A stretch of DNA of 64,000 bases from Oscillospiraceae bacterium (GTDB lineage Bacteria; Bacillota; Clostridia; Oscillospirales; Oscillospiraceae): positions 310,759-374,758 of the forward strand of contig CADCKQ010000001.1 in NCBI GenBank assembly GCA_902802045.1. Reading direction: 5' to 3'. Both the position numbers and the translations under genes were made by a program. The notes beneath the pieces were generated by a model that did no database searches, was not told where the DNA came from, and saw nothing but the letters and a program-made list of their open reading frames with translations. Of this stretch, positions 48,001-56,434 are shown in pieces (the stretch's first letter is position 1; each line of letters starts with the position of its first letter).

Positions 48001-49086
48001 TCAATGCTTATTCCTATGCCTGCGCATCAATATCACGCTCTGGAGCAGAATAAACAGGCAGAGCATCGCGCCGGTAGTAATACTTTGCCACCACGGATCA
48101 CGAAGACCCGATGTGGTAACGATTGCCTTTATTGTGCTCAGTGTCAGCACACCAAAGAAAGTGCCGATCACATTACCCACTCCGCCAGTAAGCAAGGTGC
48201 CGCCGATGATCGAAGAAGCAATTGCGTTCATTTCTCCAGCAGTAGCATTTGTGGCGTTGCCAGCACCTGTATGCATCATGAACACGAAACCTGCAATCCC
48301 GCTAAGAATACCGCAGAACAAATGCGCCATGAAACGAGTTTTACGAACATTCAAACCCAGCATTAGCGCGCTTTGCCGGTTTCCTCCTACTGCATAAAAG
48401 CTTCTGCCAATCCGCATTTTTCGAAGCATGCAGAACACCAGAATTACAATCAAAATGGCAATCACTACTCCAACTTCCATCCGAGCCGGAATAATTACAC
48501 CATTTTTATTAGGAGACCCAAGCCAATTAATCTCGATTCGCTTTTGAAGGATATCCAACAAAGCCTGAGGTGCTTTCTGCGGATCGACGCTGAGAATCGT
48601 AATCATTCCGCGTGCAAAAAACATACCTGCAAGCGTAATGATAAAGGGCTGGATTTCAAGGTATGCGATCAAATAGCCTTGAACGAGTCCGAAGAGCAGA
48701 CCAATCAGCAGTGCCATTAGAGCGGCGAATACTATTCGCGAGCTGTCTGCAAGGCCGAGAGATGCCTGAAGAACACTGAAAAAGGGCATACTTCCGTTAA
48801 GAATCATGACACCAGTCATCGCAACCAATGCTGTAACGCCTGCAACCGAGATATCAATGCTTCCGGTAATCATAACAATTGTCAACCCGCAGGAGATGAT
48901 AACAAGATAGGCATTGTCATTAAGAATATCAAAGAGCATTTGCGGCTTTTTGAAGCCGCCGCCCCAAATCAATATGGCGGCCACATACATACACACAAAG
49001 ATACAGATCGTGATGGTCAGAAGCAGTTGTGTGTCTGTGATGGGCTCTCTGTGACGACGAGAAATATCTAAACCCTTTTCGTCCAT
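48001..49086 (-). CDS. Sugar ABC permease, YjfF-like
   Basis: BPD_transp_2 permease and second TMD of a YtfQRT-YjfF-type system. Visibly lower GC than the xyl genes. Confidence 0.8.
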   Translation of the reverse strand: MDEKGLDISRRHREPITDTQLLLTITICIFVCMYVAAILIWGGGFKKPQMLFDILNDNAYLVIISCGLTIVMITGSIDISVAGVTALVAMTGVMILNGSMPFFSVLQASLGLADSSRIVFAALMALLIGLLFGLVQGYLIAYLEIQPFIITLAGMFFARGMITILSVDPQKAPQALLDILQKRIEINWLGSPNKNGVIIPARMEVGVVIAILIVILVFCMLRKMRIGRSFYAVGGNRQSALMLGLNVRKTRFMAHLFCGILSGIAGFVFMMHTGAGNATNATAGEMNAIASSIIGGTLLTGGVGNVIGTFFGVLTLSTIKAIVTTSGLRDPWWQSITTGAMLCLFILLQSVILMRRHRNKH

Positions 49087-49087
49087 T

Positions 49088-50167
49088 TCATACCTCCTTT
49101 GCCAAAGCGGTTGACCGCCTGCCGCGGAGTTTTCTGCGTATACGAGCCATAGCTTCCTTCACCACGGGAGAACCCAGTACAACCAACAACACGATTACAA
49201 TTGCTTTATAAGCTTTGACATCCGTAGACGGAACCTTCATTGCATATAGTGTTATGGTCAATGCTTGAATTGCATAGGCACCCAAGACCGAACCAAGCAT
49301 TTTAAATTTCCCACCGCCCAAATTGTTTCCTCCAATGGCCACAGCCAAGATGGCATCCATTTCAATATTTAGCAGTATCGTCTCATGATTTATCAGACTC
49401 AGCCTGCTCACACCGATGACTCCTGCCACCGCACAGCACAGGCCCAGCAGTATAAATGCCAAGAGCTTTATTCCTGCAACATGGATGCCATTGAGTCTGG
49501 ATGCATTTTGGTTGATACCCACTGTCTGAATGTACAGATTCAGAGTCGTGAAACGGAACAATAATCCAAAGAAAATCGCCATCAGAATCACTATTAGAAT
49601 AGGTGTAGGCACAGGGACACCAGGAATAAAACTGCCGACGGCAGTGATAATGGGACTTGAGACAGTAGGTGTAGCACCTCCGTTAATCCAATAAGCAATA
49701 CTGCGTCCACAGGTAAACAGAATCAGAGTTGCAATCATGGGCTGGATACCAAAGGCTGACACCAGCATACCGTTAAAACATCCAAAAATCATGGCCACCA
49801 ATGAGCACAGCAGAAATGCGCCAAGTACCAGCGCCGGCGAGATCGTTCCTCCACTCTTAATAACCTTGACAAACACACTGCCGGCAATAGCAGCCAATGC
49901 GCCAACAGAAATATCCTGCCCACCAGATGCTGCGGTTACCAAAGTCATACCCATTGAAATGACGACCAATTCGGACGCACCATTTAGAATAGATATTAGG
50001 TTCCCCTGAAGAACGGGGTCTCCGTTATTATTCGTTGCAACACCTATAGAGAAAAAGCTTGGATCTCGAATTAAGTTGAAAATAAGGAGCAAAAGGATAG
50101 CAATCAGCGGTACAAGCAGTTGGGAATTATTGGTGAAAAAATTCTTCGTCGTTATTTTTTTATTCAT
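49088..50167 (-). CDS. Sugar ABC permease, YtfT-like
   Basis: BPD_transp_2 permease. Start at MNKKITT (ATG 50167), 8 nt after GAGG. Confidence 0.8.
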   Translation of the reverse strand: MNKKITTKNFFTNNSQLLVPLIAILLLLIFNLIRDPSFFSIGVATNNNGDPVLQGNLISILNGASELVVISMGMTLVTAASGGQDISVGALAAIAGSVFVKVIKSGGTISPALVLGAFLLCSLVAMIFGCFNGMLVSAFGIQPMIATLILFTCGRSIAYWINGGATPTVSSPIITAVGSFIPGVPVPTPILIVILMAIFFGLLFRFTTLNLYIQTVGINQNASRLNGIHVAGIKLLAFILLGLCCAVAGVIGVSRLSLINHETILLNIEMDAILAVAIGGNNLGGGKFKMLGSVLGAYAIQALTITLYAMKVPSTDVKAYKAIVIVLLVVLGSPVVKEAMARIRRKLRGRRSTALAKEV

Positions 50168-51671
50168 GGTCATCACCTCTCCCCACAATGGTGCTCATGA
50201 CCCGTTCCTGAGTCAAATCGGCTCCTGTGAGTTCACCAACAATATTCCTGTCTCTCATAACAATAAGTCGTGAACATGTTCGAAGCATCTCTTCAATCTC
50301 GGAAGAGATGAAAGTGACGCTCACTCCTTCTTCGGCGAGCTTCAAAACCAGACGCTGTATCTCTGCCTTAGTGCCAACATCGATTCCGCGTGTAGGTTCG
50401 TCCAAAATCAAATATTCAGGATGCGTTAGCAGCCAGCGGGCCAAGATCACCTTCTGCTGATTACCGCCGGATAAGCTCCCGACAGGAGTCTCTCTGCTTG
50501 CAGTTTTAATATTCAATGCTTTAATATACTCGTCGGCAAAAGCATCTGCGTTTTGTCGGGATATCGGGTGACCCATACCGCGCAGCACCTGCAGAGCAAG
50601 AATGATATTATCCCTAACCGAAAGATCTGCAATTATCCCGTCGCGTTTTCGATCTTCCGGTAAATACCCAATGCCATTCTTCATTGCATCGATAGGCTTT
50701 GTGATTTGAACCTTTTTCCCATGTATTCTTATGATTCCACCGGTGACTTGATCCGCTCCAAATATAGCGCGTACGCTCTCGCTGCGCCCCGAGCCAAGCA
50801 GACCGGTAAATCCGTTGACTTCCCCTTTATCAATATGAAAATCAAATTTTTTGCTCTCTGTACTGGAAAGTTCCTCAGCCTCATAAAGAACTTCAGCCTC
50901 TCCAGAAGGAGCTTTTTTGTTTTTTATTGTAGACAGTTCATCCAAGGTCTTTCCAATCATCTTGGATACCAATTCAACTTGAGGCAGCTTATCAACCTCG
51001 TATTCACCAACAAGCTCGCCGTTACGCAAAACGGTGATCTGGTCACTGACTTCGTAGACCTGCTCCAGGAAGTGAGTTACGAAGACGATGCCCACGCCAC
51101 GGGTTTTCAGATCCCGCATCAGGCGGAAAAGCATTTCCACTTCATTGTCATCCAGCGAGGAGGTCGGTTCATCGAGTATAAGCACCTTGCAGTCCGTATC
51201 CACGGCTCTTGCAATGGCAACCATCTGTTGCACTGCTAATGAGATACTGCCAAGTTGCTGCCGTGGACGAGCGGGGATGCCAAGGCCTTCCAACAGTTCA
51301 CCCGCTTTTTTCTCACGTGTTTTCCAGTCCACCGTACTACTCGTATCACGGCCGATGTACAAGTTTTCAGCAACGGTCAAATTGGGACAAAGAGAGATTT
51401 CCTGGTAGACTGTACTTATACCGTAGTTCTGGGCTTCCTGCGGAGAGCGGATGATGATCGGACTGTCATGTCCTTCAATGCGGATCTCTCCCCCATCCAT
51501 CGAATAAACACCGGTGAGCACTTTGATCAAAGTGGATTTGCCGGCACCGTTTTCACCCATCAGCGCATGGATCTTACCCCGGCGCAGTGTGAAGTCAACA
51601 TTATTTAACGCTCTTACCCCAGGAAAGGATTTGCAGATGCCACGCATAGTCAGTATGATATCGTCTTTCAC
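50160..51671 (-). CDS. Sugar ABC ATP-binding protein, YtfR-like (two cassettes)
   Basis: [20 protein letters not shown] 51671 is preferred (AAGGAG 8 nt upstream) over the longer ATG ORF. Confidence 0.85.
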   Translation of the reverse strand: MKDDIILTMRGICKSFPGVRALNNVDFTLRRGKIHALMGENGAGKSTLIKVLTGVYSMDGGEIRIEGHDSPIIIRSPQEAQNYGISTVYQEISLCPNLTVAENLYIGRDTSSTVDWKTREKKAGELLEGLGIPARPRQQLGSISLAVQQMVAIARAVDTDCKVLILDEPTSSLDDNEVEMLFRLMRDLKTRGVGIVFVTHFLEQVYEVSDQITVLRNGELVGEYEVDKLPQVELVSKMIGKTLDELSTIKNKKAPSGEAEVLYEAEELSSTESKKFDFHIDKGEVNGFTGLLGSGRSESVRAIFGADQVTGGIIRIHGKKVQITKPIDAMKNGIGYLPEDRKRDGIIADLSVRDNIILALQVLRGMGHPISRQNADAFADEYIKALNIKTASRETPVGSLSGGNQQKVILARWLLTHPEYLILDEPTRGIDVGTKAEIQRLVLKLAEEGVSVTFISSEIEEMLRTCSRLIVMRDRNIVGELTGADLTQERVMSTIVGRGDDHE

Positions 51672-51696
51672 CCACTCAACTCCTTTATAATATAAT

Positions 51697-51747
51697 CTGA
51701 AAAACGCGGTATGGACCGCGGATCTCTCCACTTGGCACCATACCGCG
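51697..51747 (-). terminator. Intercistronic hairpin plus U5; candidate partial terminator between the SBP and ATPase genes
   Basis: CGCGGTATGG (51705-51714) pairs with CCATACCGCG (51738-51747) with a 23-nt loop, followed on the minus strand by TTTTT. Confidence 0.4.
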
Positions 51748-51789
51748 CTGTATGATTAATGTCGCTGGAATAATCAGCTATTCAAGCTA

Positions 51790-53799
51790 TTATTCACCCA
51801 AGCCATAGGTATCGATGTCTTCCTGAGTTATTTCTTTTGCATCGAAGCCTTTTTCTACAGATATAATCTGCTTCATATCATTAAGCCCTTGGATTGATCC
51901 ACCGGACTCTAGAGTCTTGATCATATCACTGATGACTTGTGCCTGGAACGGGCTGCACTGTCCGTCATAGTTCCAGTTACCCGCAAGCAGCTCGCGGAGA
52001 GCCCATTTGTTGCAGTCAAAGCCCATAACGACAACCTTGCCGTCAACACCGTGAGTGATACCGTTTTCGTCAAGTGCAGCAACCGCGCCCTTGGCCATTC
52101 CGTCGTTCTCAGCATAGATAACATTAAAGTCATCTCCCGAGTTGATAACAGACTCAACAATCTTCTTGGCCTCTGCCTCATCCCATGTAGCAGTCTGCTG
52201 AGCAACTTTCTTCATTGTACCTGCTTCAAACTGTGCGTCAAGTGCACCAGTACGTCCGATCTGAGCATCGCTGCCCATAGCACCCTGGATGTGGATGACA
52301 TTGTACTCAGGCAAATTCTGAGCAAGCAACCAATTAACGGCGGTATCACCTTCGGAAGCCATGTCAGATACAACTGCAGCCTCGAAAAGGGAAGGATCGC
52401 AGTCGATCATACGGTCAAAGAGGAACACTTTGATTCCCTGATCCTGAGCATCTTTCAGAACAGCATCCCAACCTGTGGTCTCTGCAGCAGAAATCAACAA
52501 ATAATCAACTCCGTCGGTGATAAACTGACGGGCAGCGCTAAGCTGTTCATCGTTTTTAATGTTATAGAAGAACGAAGCGTCATAGCCGTTCTCTTCAGTA
52601 AATACATTCTGGAAGTCATTAACATTAGCTTCACGGTATCCGGATTCGGAAGGCGGATTGTTTACAACGCCGACCTTGATCAGTTCGCCTGCAGGAGCAG
52701 CGGGAGCAGCCGCAACTTCGCCGCCGTCTTCAACGCCGAGCTGTTCAAGCGTGTAGTAGCCGGAATCTATCAGCAGTTCTTTGTAGTTGTCTACTGTGCA
52801 GGCAACAGGCTCGCACAGGAAGCTGGGGATGATACCTGTGCCGTTGTCGTAGGTCTCGGTGTCATTTACAGGGGGTTCGGAACCCTTCATAAGTGCATCG
52901 ACCATCTCAACGACCTTGGCAGCGAGAGTACGCGTGTCTTTAAAGACGGACATGGCCTGCTTGCCCTCAATGAGGTTCTTCATAATGGCTATGTCGCAGT
53001 CCTGACCCGTGATGACCGGGTAACTGCCGGTGTAGGAAGAAGCAAGTGCGTTCTCAACGCCCAGAGCTGTTGAGTCGTTGGAAGCAAGTACTGCGTCAAG
53101 CTGCTTTCCGTCAGCATAATTGCTGGAGAGAATGTTCTCAAAACGCGCCTGAGCAGCATCTGTTGCCCAGTTGGCGGTTGCAACAACAGCCTTCTCGGTC
53201 TGGCCTGACGGGCATACAAGCTGTCCGTTGTCCAGATAGGGCTGAAGAATACTCATGGCGCCATCAAAGAAGAAGTTGATGTTGTTGTCGCCGGGGTCGC
53301 CGGTGATGAACTCGATGTTGAAGGGGCCTTTGCCTTCCTTCAGTCCGAGCGCTTCCTCAATATACTCGCCCTGCTTGGTACCGACAAGCCAGTTATCAAA
53401 GGTGGCATAGTAGGAAACGGCATCGGAGTTCATGATCAGACGGTCATAAGCGATAACGGGAATGCCGGCTTCCTTAGCCTGCGCCAAAACCGTGCCGAGC
53501 GAGTCACCGTCTATGGAGGCGATAACAAGCACTTTGCATCCGTTTGCTATCATGTTCTCGATCTGGGAGACCTGTGTGGCGATGTCATTTGCGCCAAACT
53601 GCAGGTCAACAGAATAGCCCTTTGCTTCGAGCTGAGCCTTCAGGTTTTCTCCGTCCTGATTCCAGCGCTGCAGATCCTTGGTCGGCATCGCAACACCGAC
53701 CAGATTGCCGCTGCTGGCAGGTGCAGCCTGGCTGCCGCAGGCGGCAAGCGCAAAGACCATTGCGAGAGCAAGAAGCAAAGCAAAAATCTTTTTCTTCAT
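51790..53799 (-). CDS. Two-domain sugar-binding lipoprotein: XylF/ChvE-like domain fused to a YtfQ-like domain
   Basis: Lipobox LAACG. Residues ~33-355 resemble XylF/ChvE (DLQRWNQDG..., QIENMI, VIAYDRLI, ASND). Linker is GGEVAAAPAAPAGE (about 52684-52734). Residues ~373-669 resemble YtfQ (SESGYREANV, TTGWDAVLKDAQDQGIKVFLFDR, AENDGMA). Confidence 0.85.
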   Translation of the reverse strand: MKKKIFALLLALAMVFALAACGSQAAPASSGNLVGVAMPTKDLQRWNQDGENLKAQLEAKGYSVDLQFGANDIATQVSQIENMIANGCKVLVIASIDGDSLGTVLAQAKEAGIPVIAYDRLIMNSDAVSYYATFDNWLVGTKQGEYIEEALGLKEGKGPFNIEFITGDPGDNNINFFFDGAMSILQPYLDNGQLVCPSGQTEKAVVATANWATDAAQARFENILSSNYADGKQLDAVLASNDSTALGVENALASSYTGSYPVITGQDCDIAIMKNLIEGKQAMSVFKDTRTLAAKVVEMVDALMKGSEPPVNDTETYDNGTGIIPSFLCEPVACTVDNYKELLIDSGYYTLEQLGVEDGGEVAAAPAAPAGELIKVGVVNNPPSESGYREANVNDFQNVFTEENGYDASFFYNIKNDEQLSAARQFITDGVDYLLISAAETTGWDAVLKDAQDQGIKVFLFDRMIDCDPSLFEAAVVSDMASEGDTAVNWLLAQNLPEYNVIHIQGAMGSDAQIGRTGALDAQFEAGTMKKVAQQTATWDEAEAKKIVESVINSGDDFNVIYAENDGMAKGAVAALDENGITHGVDGKVVVMGFDCNKWALRELLAGNWNYDGQCSPFQAQVISDMIKTLESGGSIQGLNDMKQIISVEKGFDAKEITQEDIDTYGLGE

Positions 53800-53837
53800 T
53801 GTGTTTTTCCTTTCCTTTCAGTTCTTTTTGATTGTTT

Positions 53838-53858
53838 TCAGCTAAATTATTTAGCTGA
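53838..53858. promoter_or_regulatory. Perfect 21-nt palindrome TCAGCTAAAT-T-ATTTAGCTGA in the predicted 5' leader of the SBP gene; candidate operator or leader hairpin
   Basis: Lies about 5-25 nt downstream of the predicted transcription start. A second palindrome, CTAATATATTAG (53865-53876), overlaps the -10 box. Confidence 0.4.
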
Positions 53859-53869
53859 TCTATGCTAAT

Positions 53870-53898
53870 ATATTAGACCACAGTTGATATGAAGTCAA
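53870..53898 (-). promoter_or_regulatory. Near-consensus sigma-70 promoter of the fused-SBP operon
   Basis: Minus strand reads TTGACT (53898-53893), 17 nt, TAATAT (53875-53870). Confidence 0.6.
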
Positions 53899-54063
53899 GT
53901 ATTATTAAGAATAATTGCCAAAATAATTGTCTGACTGACGAAAAACTGGCACTAAAATTATATAATCTGCCAAACAACAAATAATATATCGTCAAATTTA
54001 CTAAATTCTTTATCTGTTTTTTGTGCGAAATGACGATTTTTTTCAGACGAGGGAGATTGTATT

Positions 54064-54092
54064 TGCAATTGCTTACAGGCGAAGTTAAGATG
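54064..54092 (+). promoter_or_regulatory. Putative promoter of the LacI-family regulator
   Basis: TTGCAA-17 nt-TAAGAT, 24 nt upstream of ATG 54116. Confidence 0.45.
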
Positions 54093-54115
54093 ATAAATGA
54101 AAGGATGAGAATACT

Positions 54116-55147
54116 ATGGCAAATATTACAGCAAAGGAAATAGCCAAAATACTGGGGCTTTCCCAGGCTGCCGTCTCCCTTGCCCTGAGGGATAAACCCG
54201 GTGTCAGTGAGGAGACGCGAAAGCTGGTTCGTGAAACGGCTGCGCGAATGGGAAAACCTGTTTCGATCGCAATGCAACAGGCTTTGACCAGCAGACGTAT
54301 CAGTTTTGTGATCTTTATGGATCATCTGGTCAGCATTGCAGAAAATACGACCTTCTCCTCCTTTTTACTCAAAGGCGCCGCGGATCGGGCTTCTTCCCTC
54401 GGTCACAGCATATCGGTCTGTTATATCAACGCGGGGGAGGCAGCTCTGCGGGACCAGCTTGAAAAAGTTCTGCCTGATACCGATGGCATTTTGTTTTTAG
54501 GCACCGACATTACCGAAAAGAGCAGAACCGAGATCAATGCGGTTTTCGCTGAGCATCCGGAAATCCCGTTAATAGTTTTGGACAGTGTGGAACCTATAGC
54601 CGGAGCAGACTATGTCTGCAATGACAATTTCGGCGGCGCGCGTATGGCAACAGAACATCTTATACAGCGCGGATGCCGAAAGATCGGTTATTTTCGCTCA
54701 AGCTTCCGAAATCAGAATTATATTGACAGACAGGAAGGTGTTGCCTGCGCTCTTCAGGACGCGGGGCTTGGCCTGTTTTGCATGATGAACACAGACGTGT
54801 CATTTGACGGAGCCTATAAAAGTACAGTTGATTTTCTGAATAACACATCTGAATTGCCGGACGGAGTATTCGCGGAAAACGACGTGGTAGCCGCTGCAGC
54901 CATCAGAGCCTGTAACTCATTTGGAATCAAGGTTCCGGAACAATTGTCTGTTATCGGTTTTGACGATACTCCAATCTGCGAGCTGTGTTCTCCTGCCTTG
55001 AGTACGGTTACCTCCCACAAGGAGCAGCTGGGAAAGATTGCAGTCGACATTCTGCTCAGACGTATGGATGATCCTGCCTCTGAGGAGAGAGCTTCAATGA
55101 AGATCTATCTGTCAACCTCTCTGCATATCCGGGACAGTGTTAAGTAG
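54116..55147 (+). CDS. LacI/GalR-family transcriptional regulator
   Basis: HTH ITAKEIAKILGLSQAAVSLALR plus a periplasmic-binding-fold effector domain. Confidence 0.9.
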   Translation: MANITAKEIAKILGLSQAAVSLALRDKPGVSEETRKLVRETAARMGKPVSIAMQQALTSRRISFVIFMDHLVSIAENTTFSSFLLKGAADRASSLGHSISVCYINAGEAALRDQLEKVLPDTDGILFLGTDITEKSRTEINAVFAEHPEIPLIVLDSVEPIAGADYVCNDNFGGARMATEHLIQRGCRKIGYFRSSFRNQNYIDRQEGVACALQDAGLGLFCMMNTDVSFDGAYKSTVDFLNNTSELPDGVFAENDVVAAAAIRACNSFGIKVPEQLSVIGFDDTPICELCSPALSTVTSHKEQLGKIAVDILLRRMDDPASEERASMKIYLSTSLHIRDSVK

Positions 55148-55223
55148 TTTTCCGTTAAGACAGACCGTATTACTCATTTTATTCTAATCTCATTTCATCG
55201 GACCAGTTTATCTTATATAAAAT

Positions 55224-55258
55224 GCGGGCTGTGACTACTCATGTCACAGCCCGCTTAT
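55224..55258. terminator. Bidirectional intrinsic terminator
   Basis: GCGGGCTGTGAC (55224-55235) pairs with GTCACAGCCCGC (55243-55254), flanked by AAAA and TTATT. Confidence 0.7.
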
Positions 55259-55268
55259 TGAATACCGG

Positions 55269-55904
55269 TCAGATATCCTTTGCTATGTCGATATTCTCGC
55301 CACTGATGCCTATCCGGGCACCTTTTGCCGCCTGCTTGGAATCCTTGTGGGCGAGAAGCCACTTGTTTCTTGCCCAGAGCAGTTTATCCTCAAGGTTGAG
55401 CTCTGTTATCTCCGGTTTTTCCGTATTTGTGCCTTCGGGAAGAACAACAAGCACATGGAAGCCCTTCTCCGGGTCTGCATGACAGGGAGCAAAGTGCAGA
55501 GTGGTCGCATAGATCTCCACCATCGTTCCCGCCGGGATCCTGAAAGCGACTGTTTTGGAAGAATCTATAATACCTTTTCTGATCTGCGACCTTTTCGCGA
55601 GAAGAAGTATAAAATCCTCTGTTCCGAGGTTTATCTCGCTGTCTCTGTGGTATTCGAAGCAGTTGAGCTTCGTATTGTGCCCGTTGCACCATCCGAGCTG
55701 AACGGGCATGCCGCCATAAAGATTTTTGGAAAACAGGTCCTTTACCGGCAGTGCTTCGAAAGACGGCTCGGAAGCGACATAGGCTGTCCCTTCTTCGGGA
55801 AGCGGGGTGGCTGCAAGCGCCTTCATAAGCTCCTGCAGATCGTAGCCCTTTACTATCCGCCCGTACTTTCTGAATTCTTTGTCATGTACGGATAAAATTT
55901 CCAT
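55269..55904 (-). CDS. DUF4867-like protein (cupin-like, function unknown)
   Basis: 211 aa. The DUF4867 assignment is from memory of MEILSVHDKEFRKYGRIV-type N-termini and is not verified. Confidence 0.5.
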   Translation of the reverse strand: MEILSVHDKEFRKYGRIVKGYDLQELMKALAATPLPEEGTAYVASEPSFEALPVKDLFSKNLYGGMPVQLGWCNGHNTKLNCFEYHRDSEINLGTEDFILLLAKRSQIRKGIIDSSKTVAFRIPAGTMVEIYATTLHFAPCHADPEKGFHVLVVLPEGTNTEKPEITELNLEDKLLWARNKWLLAHKDSKQAAKGARIGISGENIDIAKDI

Positions 55905-55906
55905 TA

Positions 55907-56434
55907 TCAGATTTCCTTTCCTGTTTGAAGTCTTTTCTCGATATTCTCCAAAAGCTTAGCTAGTGGGATTATCAGAGCGCCTGTGACAAGGTTTCCCGCC
56001 GCGTGAATAGCATCCCAGGGAAGCCCGGCAACTATCCAGGCTATCATCCCCTTGAAGCTCAGCCCATAGAAAAGCGCCTGAAAGGGAGCATAAAGGGTTC
56101 CGTAAAGCAGCCCATGCAGAGCACAGATGCCCATATAGACAAAAGGTTTTATCTTATTCGGAATACTTTTCGGCAAAAGCATAAGTGCGCCCCAGAGGAC
56201 AGCCCATATATACAGATAAGGGATCCACCAAGTGTTGAATCCGTTCATGAGCCCTGTCAGAAACACGAACACATAGATGGGGAAAAGCGCTTTTGCGCGG
56301 TATACGATAGTAAAGACCGCAATGAATGCCGCTATAAGATGCACATTGGGGAGAAACTCCATTACTGCCTTAGAGATATACATAAGAGTTCCCATCATGG
56401 AAAATTTGCATATCTCCCGGACGCTCAGTTTCAC
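55907..56434 (-). CDS. Putative ECF-transporter S component (substrate unknown)
   Basis: 175 aa with ~6 TM helices, in the size and topology range of S components. No EcfA/A'/T genes in the window. Confidence 0.5.
   Translation of the reverse strand: MKLSVREICKFSMMGTLMYISKAVMEFLPNVHLIAAFIAVFTIVYRAKALFPIYVFVFLTGLMNGFNTWWIPYLYIWAVLWGALMLLPKSIPNKIKPFVYMGICALHGLLYGTLYAPFQALFYGLSFKGMIAWIVAGLPWDAIHAAGNLVTGALIIPLAKLLENIEKRLQTGKEI

Noticed and set aside
51937-53073. 378-aa ORF antisense to the fused SBP gene. Similar antisense ORFs occur at 6936-7613, 7707-8591, 31257-31982, 32406-33164, 35015-35845 and 37376-38032.
   Set aside because: All overlap confidently assigned genes on the opposite strand. 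They lack RBSs and recognisable motifs, so I treated them as non-coding.
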